Assembly: GCA_963785305.1 (NCBI GenBank)
Contig: CAWAUV010000005.1
Coordinates: forward strand, 448,001-512,000
From: an uncultured Planctomycetaceae bacterium
GTDB taxonomy: Bacteria > Planctomycetota > Planctomycetia > Pirellulales > PALSA-1355
Length of the DNA stretch: 64,000 nucleotides
Direction of reading: 5' to 3'
Below are positions 30,753 through 40,403 of this stretch, one piece after another. Every line of letters starts with the position of its first letter. Positions within the stretch are counted from its first letter, which is position 1. A model generated the notes under the pieces. It was not told where the DNA came from and made no database searches. It saw only the letters and a program-made list of their open reading frames with translations. Both the position numbers and the translations under genes were made by a program.

Positions 30753-33342
30753 ATGAAGCGAATCCTCTTGGCCGCCGCGCTTGCGGCGATCGCCATCGCT
30801 CTTTTGCCGCCATCGGCTCGCGCGGGCTCCTATTTCAACCTCATCAAGCCCGACAAGGACAGGCCCCCCCATGAATGCGTCGTGTTCGACGCCCGTTACA
30901 CCGACAACGCGGCGACGTATTTCGCCACCTATCCCCAGGACATCTATTCGCAAGAGGGATGGATCGCCCAGTACTACGGCGGCGTGCAACCGAATACGCC
31001 GCGGCGGCGCACGGGCTTGCTTTATTCCTCCTGGCAGATGCAGGGCAAGGGCCATCCCACGAGCGGCATCGATTTCGTCCATGCCGGCCCGCGCATGGGA
31101 TGGCGCCGCTCCACCTGGGAAGGATCCTCCGGCGGCATGTACGGCGAATGGCCCAGCGGCGAGTTCGACATGCACAAGTGGTATCGCTTCGTCCACCGTG
31201 TCTGGAGGCCGGCGAATCACGCGTCGCATGTCGGCCATGCCGGCGTGTGGATGAAAAGCCTCGAGACCGGCCAGTGGCATCACCTCGCCACCTTCGAATT
31301 CCCGGCCGAAGTCACCGGACTCAGCAACATGCAGGGATTCATCGAGCAGTACGGGCCCGACGCTTTCGACACGGCGACCATCGAGTTCCGCAATTGCTAT
31401 TCGCTGGTCGGCGGCCAATGGATTTCGCGGCCGAACTTTTCGGCCGTGAACGCGAAGGACAGCACGATCCAAGTTTCCGCCGGCGAAGGCAGTCGTAGCG
31501 TCATTCTGCGCGAGACGCGGAACCCGATCGACCCCGCGACGCACAAGCGCAAGCGGGATAGCAATGAAGTCGCTCAAACCTTCGCGCTCGAACAGCCGGC
31601 GCTGCCCGATTTCTTCGACGGGGCGAAGATCGAATCGGCGAGCGCCGAATGGTTGGGCAACCAAGTCGTCGTGCGTTGGAAGATCGACCCGAAGTCGGCG
31701 CCGCAACTAGGATACATCGTCGAAGTCCTGAATGAATCGGCCGAACCGCTGGCCACCGCGCGGGAAAACGATCCGGAGGCCCGCCAGTGCGACATTGCCT
31801 TGTCCGCGGCGCCGCGCGGCAAGCCGACGGCGCGGCTACGCATCGCCGACATCTTCCTGAAGGAGTCGGCGCGCGTCGACGTTTCCGTCTCGCTCAGCCA
31901 GCCGGCGCGGCGACTTCGCAAGAGCGCCTCGCGCCGGGGCTGGCCTATCGCTATTATGAATCGGAGCGGCCGGAGACTTGGGGCTCTTTGCCCAACTTCA
32001 GTCAATTGGCGCCGAAACGCGTCGGCGTCGTCGGCACGCCGGATATCACGCCTCGCCTGCGCCGCAAGGGTTATGCCTTTCAGTTCGAGGGATTCCTGCG
32101 CGTGCGGGACGACGGTCTCTATACCTTGAACCTCACCGCGGCGAGCGGCGCCCGGCTCGCGATCGATGGCGAGACGGTCATCGACGCCGATGGCGATCGC
32201 TCGATCGCTCGCTACTCGGGCTCGATCGCCTTGCGAGCGGGCGAGCACCCGATCCTGATCTCTTATTACAACGGCCAGGGCGCAAGAACCAGGCCGATGA
32301 TTTTCTGCAGTTGGCGTGGTCTGGTCCAGGATTCGGAGCGGCTCCGATGCCCGCCTCGGCGTTTTCGCACGCCGGCGCCGGGCCCGAGCCGACACTGGCC
32401 ATCGAGGCGACGATGGCCGATGGCGTTCATATGCAGCTCTCGAGTCGCGTGACCGGTGGCGCCGCCAAGCCGAAGAGCGTCCAGTACTACGCGGTCAATG
32501 ATCACTTCGATTACTTTTCGCAACAAGGCTCGACATCGGCCGATTACTTCTTGGCCGAGACCAGCACTCCGGAAAGTCCGCTGCGCGTTCCCATCTGGGG
32601 CGGCGAGCGGAAGGTGATTCGCGCCCGGGCGGTGCTGCCCGACTTCAGCTCGTTCGACAGCCCGCCGATCGCGATCGCGGCCACGAGCGCGTCGCTGCCC
32701 GCGGATCGCAATGTCTTGCGTCCGACGGCCCTGGAGCACCATCTCTATCCGCTGAACAGCGGGGTCGAGGGCGACAGGGTGACGCTCGTCGGCGAATCGA
32801 TGGGACTGCTGACCCGCGAATGCAAGGGCGATGTCACGATCGTGGCCCATCTCGCGGAGATGACCTCGAACGGGCCTCGCCCCGACGGCACGCAATTGGA
32901 AGGGCCGGGCAACTGGTATTCCGGCGTCATATTGCGGCAGAATCTGAAAGAACGGCCCGGCATGCCGCTCGGCGGCAACGACATTCCGTACATCGCCCTC
33001 GTGGGCGCCGCCGATGGAACGACCCGCCGCTGCGACAGCACCCTGATCGACGGCGCCGGCAACCAGCCGTCGGGCGACATCGGTGGCGACTCGAAGTGGT
33101 TCAAGCTTTCGCGCACTGGCGCCGAGCTATCGGCCTTCATTTCCAAAGACGGCAAGGATTGGAAGCAAGTGCGAAGTTTCACGCTTCCGCAATCGTCGAA
33201 CGGCCAGCCTCATGCGGTCGCGGTTCCCGCATTGAGCGACGAACTGGAAGTCGGCTTCGTCCACTACGCCCAGCCAAGCGCCGTGCCGCTGATCCACTGG
33301 GCGACGTTCGACCATGTATCGATCACGTGCGCGGGGCGTTAG
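30753..33342 (+). CDS. Secreted multidomain protein: DUF3472-like N-terminus, PA14 domain, lectin-like C-terminus (frameshifts near 31910 and 32290)
   Basis: Signal peptide; YAFQFEGFLRVRDDGLYTL..IDGETVIDADG..IALRAGEHPI (PA14); WFKLSRTG..FISKDGKDW. Confidence 0.65.
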
Positions 33343-33354
33343 GCGCCCATTTAG

Positions 33355-33610
33355 CTATTCTCTTCCTTCGTTCCGGCATTCTTTCCTTCCGCCCGGCGAA
33401 ACGACGCGGTTCTGGCGCCCCATCAGGTCGTAGCCGTAAGTGGTTTCGTTGTAATTGACATTCGGATCGCCGTCGCCCGTGGCCGGAATATTGAAATAGA
33501 CCCGCGTGGCGATCGTCTGGCCGGCGTCGTTCACGAGCGTGCTCGTCCAGCGGCTCCAGGAGCACCGGGCAAAACTATCGCTCCGCGAAAGCCGGCCGTC
33601 GAGCCGCCGC
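33355..33610 (-). pseudogene. RHS/YD-repeat fragment (not in ORF track)
   Basis: Manual translation: SRWTSTLVNDAGQTIATRVYFNIPATGDGDPNVNYNETTYGYDLMGRQNRVVSPGG. Confidence 0.72.
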
Positions 33611-33841
33611 CATCCGCCAATATCCCGCGGGAGTTACCACTCACGAACGTTCACGCGAAATTCATTGGACCACTACACAGCTCTTCGAGACCCAAAGACA
33701 GCTACTCTTGGAAAGAAGACCTTTTCACTGACTTGGGTGCAATCTCAACTCCGCCACGATGAAGCCGCTTCGTGCGAGCGATGATCAATATATCACGTTT
33801 AAATATCTGTAGATACAACGGGTCCGGTGCTCTTCCATTAT

Positions 33842-35374
33842 GGATCGCCCGAAAAATAACTTCCCGGGAGGTTTTCCAAATGTTATTCTGAGTTTTCGTC
33901 GTCAGCCGCCGGGGCTGGGTCCGTGGGATTGATCTGGAATATAGGAGGGCCGAGCGCATGTATTCCCCCGAAATCGAACACGAGATGAAGTGTTTTTATC
34001 AATCGTTGTCCGAGAAAGATCGGCGGCGGTATGCGGGAATCGAGGCGCGAAAGTTGGGTCGCGGCGGCGGGGAATATATTGCCAAGCTGTTCGACTGCGA
34101 TCCCAAAACCGTGCGGCGCGGGACGGCCGACGTCGGCCAATTGCCGCGCGATCCGGCCGCCGGACGCGTGCGTAAAAAAGGGGGGACGCAAGTGCTGTCT
34201 TGATAGCAACCCCGCCATCGCCGAAAACTTGATCGAGATCGTCGACGAACACACGGCGGGCGATCCGATGCGCGAGGACGTGACCTGGACCAATCTCACG
34301 CCCGCCGAAATCGCCACCGCCTTGGACGACCGCGGCACGCCGATCCGCGGGGATACGGTGCGCCAACTGCTCGTCGATGGCGGCTTCTCGTTGCGACGGC
34401 CCGAGAAAACGAAAGCACTCGGCGTCTGTGAATTTCGCGACGAGCAATTCGAAAAAATCGCCGCCTTGAAAGCCGAGTATCTCGACGCCGGCAACCCGGC
34501 TCTCAGCATCGACACCAAGAAAAAGGAGCCGATCGGCGAGTTTCAGCCCGACGGCCGGGCTTGGTCCGACGGCCCAAACCGCGTGCTCGACCACGACTTC
34601 AAGCGACCCGGCCAACTCCAACTGGTTCCGCATGGCATCTACGATCTGGCCACGAACCTGGGCCATATCACGCTGGGCGTGAGTCACGACACGAGCGAGT
34701 TCGTCCGCGATTGCGTCTTCGGCTGGTGGCAAACCACGGGCCAAGCGACCTATCCCCACGCCACTTCGATCCTGCTCTTTTGCGACGCGGGCGGTAGCAA
34801 TAATTGTCGGCATCGGATTTTCAAACAAGACCTGCAATGCCTGGCCAATCAGATCGGCCTGCCGATCCGCGTGGCGCATTATCTTCCTTACTGTTCCAAG
34901 TACAATCCGATCGAGCATCGCCTGTTTCCCCACGTCTCGCGCGCCTGTCGGGCATCGTGCTCCGCGGCATCGACTTGGCGAAGAAGTGTATCGAACGAAC
35001 TCATACCAGCACCGGCCTCAAAGTCTCGGTGAACATTATGGATAAGGCCTATCTTCGAGTTTCGCGTTTTTTGATAGCAATAGGCTTTTATTTCCTCGGA
35101 TTTTACGAGATTTATGCGAGCTTCCGAGAGTCATCGCAGGTTGCGTGATACGCAAAAAATGCCCACGCGTTGCGCGAAACGCCTAAAACTCACGAATAAA
35201 CGCTAATTCGAATGCTAGCACAAAGTGCGAAAGTTGAACTATCAACTGAAGCGAAAAGTAACCACCGCATTTCGCGAAATGATGCCGATCAAGTTCGACG
35301 AACAGCTACCCCTGCTAAACTACACCGCCAAACCCATGAAACAAATTCCCGGGAAGTTATTTGTCGGCTGATCC
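33842..35374 (+). mobile_element. ISAzo13-family IS, transposase interrupted by a MITE
   Basis: TIRs GGATCGCCCGAAAAATAACTTCCCGGGA / TCCCGGGAAGTTATTTGTCGGCTGATCC; LSEKDRRRYAGIEA, A6G7 slip site, SIDTKKKE, CDAGGSN, SKYNPIEHRLF. Confidence 0.9.
35054..35238. mobile_element. 185-bp MITE nested in the ISAzo13 transposase
   Basis: 5-bp TSD CTATC (35049-35053 and 35239-35243); ends TTCGAGTTTCGCG / TGCGAAAGTTGAA; removal restores DKAYQLKRKV..FDEQLPLLNYTAKP. Confidence 0.85.
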
Positions 35375-35517
35375 TTTGCTCCCCGTTTTTACTCGCGTCA
35401 TCAGAAAATCTCTCGACGCGCCGCCAAAACTGCTTTCCCGAAACCGCGGCCAGCAACGCCTCACTCTGAGGTGGACCCCGTTTTTCGGACCACGGGGGCG
35501 GGTTTCTTAGATGGTGG

Positions 35518-36357
35518 TCAGCGAGGCGTTCGACGATTGCCGCGGTAGGTTTCCCAGGGCGTGCGGTTGGCCAGGCCCTGGTGAGGTCGCTCGTGGCAGT
35601 AATAGTTAAAGTACGCGCTCAGTCCTTCATGACAATCGGTTCCCGTCGTGTACTCCTTGAGGTAGATGTTCTCGTATTTCACCGTTCGCCATAGCCGCTC
35701 GATCATCACGTTGTCGATGGCTCGGCCTTTGCCGTCCATGCTGATGGCGATCGACTCCCGCTGCAGCCGCTCGGTAAATTGTCCGCTGGTGAACTGCGAG
35801 CCCTGGTCGGTGTTGAATATCTCCGGCCGTCCATGACGGAGCGCTCCTTCCAACGCTTCCAGACAGAACTCGACATCCATGCTGTTCGACAACTGCCAGG
35901 CCAGCACATAGCGGCTGAACCAATCCATCACGGCCGTCAGGTACAAGTAGCCACGCCGCATCGGCACATAGGTGATGTCGCAGGCCCAGACCTGGTTCGG
36001 ACGCACGATCTCCACGCCTCGCAACAAATACGGATAGACCTTGTGGCCAGCGGCCCGCCGGGTCGTGTTCGGCCGCGGGGCCAGCGACTGCAGGCCCATT
36101 TTCCGCAGCAATCGCTGCATTTTCTTGCGATTCACCACCTCGTCTTGTCGCGCCAGATGCAGCACCATGCCCCGGCTTCCCAGATGCGGATGCCGCAAAT
36201 ATTCTTCATCGATCAGACGCATCAACCGTAGCTCGTCGGCGCTCTCGGGTACGGGCTCGTAATAGAGGTTCGACCGATGAAGTCCCAACAGCTCGCACTG
36301 CCGACGCACGCTCAAGCCGCCGGCGTCGGGCTCGATCCAGCTTCGCCGCTCAGCCAC
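35518..36357 (-). CDS. IS3 OrfB transposase (rve)
   Basis: WACDITY, FNTDQGSQF, DNVMIERLWRTVKYE. Confidence 0.95.
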   Translation of the reverse strand: MAERRSWIEPDAGGLSVRRQCELLGLHRSNLYYEPVPESADELRLMRLIDEEYLRHPHLGSRGMVLHLARQDEVVNRKKMQRLLRKMGLQSLAPRPNTTRRAAGHKVYPYLLRGVEIVRPNQVWACDITYVPMRRGYLYLTAVMDWFSRYVLAWQLSNSMDVEFCLEALEGALRHGRPEIFNTDQGSQFTSGQFTERLQRESIAISMDGKGRAIDNVMIERLWRTVKYENIYLKEYTTGTDCHEGLSAYFNYYCHERPHQGLANRTPWETYRGNRRTPR

Positions 36358-36643
36358 CGTTCTCGGCCACTTTTTTTTTGAGCCAATCCAGTTCGATCTT
36401 CAGCCGACCGATCTGCTCGTAAAGCTCCGCTGCGCTCGGCTCGTCCGTCGGCGCCTTCTTCGCCGAGGGCGACTCGAACACGCCCGCCGCTCCCTCCTGG
36501 AGCTGCTTCTTCCAGAGCGCGATCTGCGTCGGATGCACCTTGTGCAACGCCGCCAGCTCACTCACCGTCTTCAGGCCACGCATCGCATCCAAGGCAACCT
36601 TGGCCTTGAAAGACCCATCGAACAATCGTCGCTTCCGAGGCAT
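36350..36643 (-). CDS. IS3 OrfA
   Basis: FKAKVALDA..HPTQIALWKKQ..LYEQIGRLKIELDWLKKK. Confidence 0.95.
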   Translation of the reverse strand: MPRKRRLFDGSFKAKVALDAMRGLKTVSELAALHKVHPTQIALWKKQLQEGAAGVFESPSAKKAPTDEPSAAELYEQIGRLKIELDWLKKKVAENGG

Positions 36644-36795
36644 CGTTGCTCTCCTAAATGGTTCCCTCCACGAGGCCTCCTTTCTCCCCGATCCGCCGCC
36701 CGCTTTCCATCTATCCCCGTGGTCCGAAAAACGGGATCCACCTCACTCCACCCGGATGGAGTTTTCGGGAGGGACACGACCCTATGCCAAACAAT

Positions 36796-36836
36796 GAGTC
36801 CTGACCCCTTAGAATTTTCTGACCCCTTAGAATTTT
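36796..36836. repeat. GAGTCCTGACCCC REP-like motif with 18-bp tandem duplication
   Basis: CTGACCCCTTAGAATTTT x2 (36801-36818, 36819-36836). Confidence 0.75.
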
Positions 36837-36837
36837 C

Positions 36838-37470
36838 GCCGTTGCCGGTGGTCGCGAAGGTCGAAAGCGAGGGGTCGCTTGTTTGGCTGCTCGACCAACT
36901 GCTGCCGTAGCCGGGGCTGAACGCATCGTCGTAGGAATAGGTCGTGGTGTCGGATTGGCTTGTGCCCGAGCCGGCGCCGGCGGCCCATTGGCTGTCGGCC
37001 GCGGTCGTGACGAGCGATGTTTCGATCTGGTCTTGCCCGCTGGGGCCCTGGCCTTCGCTCGGATAACTGTCGCTCACGCTTTGGGAGTAGCTATCGCTCG
37101 AAGCGTCGTGCGAACCGCCGCTATCGATTCCATTGTCGGCGTCGTTTTGGCTCGAGAAATCGTGGTTGAAGTCGCGCGAGGCGAGCGTGGTCTGGATGCC
37201 CGAGCCGCTGTAGGACGCCGAGATCGAATCGTTGGCCTGGATGCCGTCATGTTCGACTTCGCTGGTGACGACGTTCCCGCTATCGATCGTTCCGGCGGCG
37301 CCGGTCGAGATCGTGTACGTGCCGTGTTGGATATATTGGTCGGCGGCGGCGTGGTGTTCGTAACCTTGGGTCGCGGAGAGATTGGTCAACACGCCGCCAT
37401 CGAAGTCGTCTTGTTCGTAGCTGTCGCTGGCGGTGTCGTTTTCCGAGCTGGCGTCGCTCGCGCTGAACGA
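36838..37470 (-). pseudogene. Orphan Ser/Thr/Asp-rich stalk fragment of a polymorphic toxin
   Basis: Ends WSSSQTSDPSLSTFATTGNG, homologous to WSSGPTSDPVVSYSTTTGNG upstream of the HINT at about 39850. Confidence 0.7.
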
Positions 37471-37887
37471 TCCGCCGCGAATGCCTCGATCACGTCATCG
37501 TGCTCGGCGAGCCACTTGAAACGCATCCTGTCCGATTACTTCGACTACTACAACAATTCAAGAACCCATCTTTCGCTCGATCGCAACCCGCCCAACCCCC
37601 GCGAGGTCGAACCGCCCGAGCGCGGTCCGGTGCGCTCCATTCCCCAAGTCGGCGGCCTCCATCATCGCTACATCCGCGCCGCTTGACGCCGCCTCGCGCC
37701 CCCATGCTTTTCAACCACAGCCAACACGCCGAAGGGAAGGCCACGCGCCAGGAGTGAAAACAGGCCCTCCGGACCCGTTTTCACTCCAACACCGGCGATT
37801 TTTCTTGAGCCGCGCCGAAACCAACCTCGCGAAATCAACCCTACTCGGCATCGTCATTCCCCTCCGACGAGGTTTTCGGGAGGGACA
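37467..37887 (+). mobile_element. 3' remnant of an integrase-core (IS481-like) element
   Basis: IRRECLDHVIVLGE..YYNNSRTHLSL..GGLHHRYIRAA* (stop 37686) then end motif GTTTTCGGGAGGGACA, repeated at about 36761-36776. Confidence 0.75.
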
Positions 37888-37906
37888 GGGGGTTGCCGGA
37901 TAGATT

Positions 37907-38503
37907 CTAATACACCAGCACAGGTGAAAATGTTGCGCCTGTAAATCCATGAGTTTGGAACAGTTCAACAAATCGCTGCGACACAAAGATTGGTGGAAAG
38001 AATTCAACAAGGCGGATCATATCGTGCTCCGCGAGCATTTCTGCTCTCAACGCAGCTTTCCAGAAACCTAGTACCCTTGGTTCTCTTGTCAGAGGATCAA
38101 TTTCGTCGTCATCCACGTCGAGCATCTTCGAGCGCTCACGATCAAGAGCCGAAATCCTCGCAATCACATTCGCGACCGCGAATCCGGCAATCTCTTCGCC
38201 TGTTGATCTGGCGACACGAATCGGTAAATACTGAACGTCGCCATTGCCAATAGCAGACTCAGTTAAGCTAGTTCGTAATGGTCTTGAGAACACAGGCCAT
38301 CCTAATGCATTTGCGAGGATGTCGTCGGGCATGCCGTCGTGTTCGGTTTTTCTAGAACTGAGCAGCGATTCTGGGTTCCAATTGTCAAGATAGTTGCCAT
38401 ATTTAAGATCAAACCAATCTCGCCCAAATAATTCCTCGTTTTCAGCTAGAAAGTAATTTGGAACGCGATTCTCTTCACCAATAATCATGTTGTACCAATT
38501 CAT
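37907..38503 (-). CDS. Imm11/DUF1629-like immunity protein
   Basis: PDDILANALGWPVFS..VQYLPI..ISALDRERS..IFVSQRFVE..GFTGATF; ATGA overlap with the toxin stop; AT-rich. Confidence 0.75.
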   Translation of the reverse strand: MNWYNMIIGEENRVPNYFLAENEELFGRDWFDLKYGNYLDNWNPESLLSSRKTEHDGMPDDILANALGWPVFSRPLRTSLTESAIGNGDVQYLPIRVARSTGEEIAGFAVANVIARISALDRERSKMLDVDDDEIDPLTREPRVLGFWKAALRAEMLAEHDMIRLVEFFPPIFVSQRFVELFQTHGFTGATFSPVLVY

Positions 38504-40110
38504 CGCAGCCCTCCGTCCGAGTAGGGAAGCCGTGGATTGGCATCGAGTTCTGCGCGAAGCTTAGTTCACGCTCTAGCCAAGGCGTCTTTTGCAGCTTGGC
38601 CTGTCTTGCCGGCCAACGCTGCTTCAAGCTTCCCATAAACATATTGATGATATTCCTCGATATGCCGTCCATTATGACCTATGAGTTCCATCTTATTGAT
38701 GGCGTCACCTAGATCAATTCCGGCACGCGTAAATAGCTTCCCAAAGCTTGCGCCCCATTTTCCTTTGTTAGTTGCAATATGATGTATTTGAGATGCAGCG
38801 CTGCCTGCCACCCCGGCCATTGCAAACGCCGCGTCCAACGGTGTATTTATTGTAGCCTGCTCTAAGACCGCCTCGGCCATGTCGACTGAGTTTGTCTTGC
38901 CATCGATGATTTTCGGAATTGTTTCTTGCTTTTGCAACTCGCGTTGGGCATTGCTGTCCTCGTCGAGTTTCAGTTGCAATGCAAAAGCGCCGCCTTTCTC
39001 CTGTTCGAGGTTCGTCGCCGCTGGAGCGCCGCGCTCACACCATTTTTGTTGAACCATTGACCCCAGTTGCCGGTCGTGCCGAGGCTTGTCACTTCGCTCG
39101 TCACCGCGTCCAACGACGCCGCGGTTTTCGTGCCGTCGGGCGCAATGTGGATTACGTTGTTGCCCTGAAGAGAACCAATAAAAACCGGTGGACGATCGGC
39201 GACGCCGAACAAACTCTCTTGATAATAGACCAGTGTTACGCCATTCTTACCTTCCTCGTATGTGACATAATCATTATGCACCAGCACGCTCATCGCGCCA
39301 TCTTGGTTGGCGATGAAATAGGTGTGGCACTCGGCGACGGAGAAATTGAAAACCGGCTCGACTTCGCCATTATCGACGACTTTTAATATTTCATGCAAGC
39401 GGTTGTCGTGGCCGATGACGTGCTGACCGGGTTCGAGCTTTCGCGCTTGGAGCCAGCCGGCTTCCCTGGTCCAGATGAGATGGTTTCCTGTCGTGCGCGA
39501 GACTAGTTCGACGCCGAACTCATCGAGTACATGAACGCTGACCAGCGCCGTCGGCGGATGCTGTTTGAGCGAATCGACCACCCGACGCCGCGCGCGCGAT
39601 ACGGATCGCCATCGTCCTTGCAGAGCACTTCATCGCCCACGCGGATTTGGTCGATCCGCTTCGGCGGCGCGTCGGCCATCAGAATCAACGTGTCGGCCGT
39701 AAAGCACGCTTGCTGAGGAACCGTTTCCTCGAGCTTGAGGGTACCGGTCACGACAGGCACATTCGTCGTCAAGGGCGCGCTGAACACGACGACATGCGGA
39801 CTGACGAGCTCCACCGCGCTGGCGGGGTACTGCTGCTGGCCGCCGTTGCCGGTGGTCGTCGAGTAGCTGACCACTGGGTCGGAGGTCGGGCCGCTCGACC
39901 AAGTGCTGGTGTCGCCGGACGTGACCTCATATGCCGAGCCGGCGGTCGTGGCGTCGGACTGGGTCGTGGCCGCGCCAATCCGCCTTGCCAAGCGTCGTTC
40001 GTCGTGGTCGTGTCGACGATGGTGCTCGCCTCGTCGTTGATGTCGTAGTTCGGCCCGGTCGGAGTGAAGTTGGTCGCGGCGGAGGTCCAATCGTCGTCGT
40101 GGAGACATCA
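38500..40110 (-). CDS. Polymorphic toxin C-terminal cassette: Ser/Thr stalk, PT-HINT (39273-39706), AHH-type nuclease (N-truncated, several frameshifts)
   Basis: CFTADT..TTGNH..VFNFSVAECHTYF..VLVHN; IHHIATNK..HNGRHIEEYH; corrected end LRAELDANPRLPYSDGGLR*. Confidence 0.8.
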
Positions 40111-40161
40111 ATGAACACTGGCCCATTAGAATTGCTCGACGTTTCCGGGAGCGGCGGCGAA

Positions 40162-40310
40162 CAGCCTGTTGAAAAATGCCATCGTGGCATTGTTCAAACT
40201 CGCCAAGCGCCGAGCAAAGCGCGTCGCGGCTCGCGGAATAACGACTTACGTCCTTGTTTTGACACCGCATCCATGCGGCTGCGCAGCCTGTTGAATATTT
40301 CAAAAGGCTG
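40162..40310 (-). mobile_element. 149-bp MITE-like element, copy 2
   Basis: Reverse-complement homolog of 1510-1658. Confidence 0.85.
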
Positions 40311-40326
40311 TTAGGCGGCCGTCGCG

Positions 40327-40381
40327 ATAGTGCCGACGCGGGAGCGAAAGAAACTCCCGCGCGGGCGCATCAGGCTTGTGA
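40327..40381. repeat. REP-like inverted pair (CCGACGCG..GCGAGGGA family; relative at about 55138-55164)
   Basis: Degenerate inverted pair downstream of xylA. Confidence 0.5.
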
Positions 40382-40403
40382 AAGGATCGGGCCGCGCGCG
40401 AGT

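Larger units (their letters stand above)
35467..36745 (-). mobile_element. IS3-family insertion sequence
   Basis: TG..CA ends, long TIR TGAGGTGGA(C/T)CCCGTTTTTCGGACCACGGGG, 3-bp TSD CTC, A9G frameshift site. Confidence 0.95.

Noticed and set aside
33620..33840. AT-rich stretch as an immunity gene remnant
   Set aside because: Plausible by position, but no frame gives a recognisable protein.
36371..36379. A9 run in IS3 and A6G7 run in ISAzo13 (about 34174-34186) as errors or novelty
   Set aside because: Consistent with known programmed frameshift sites in these IS families.
39503..40303. ORF N-termini such as MKYSTGCAAAWMRCQN (also 59566-60045 and 1584-1985)
   Set aside because: These are translations of the MITE, not true protein starts.
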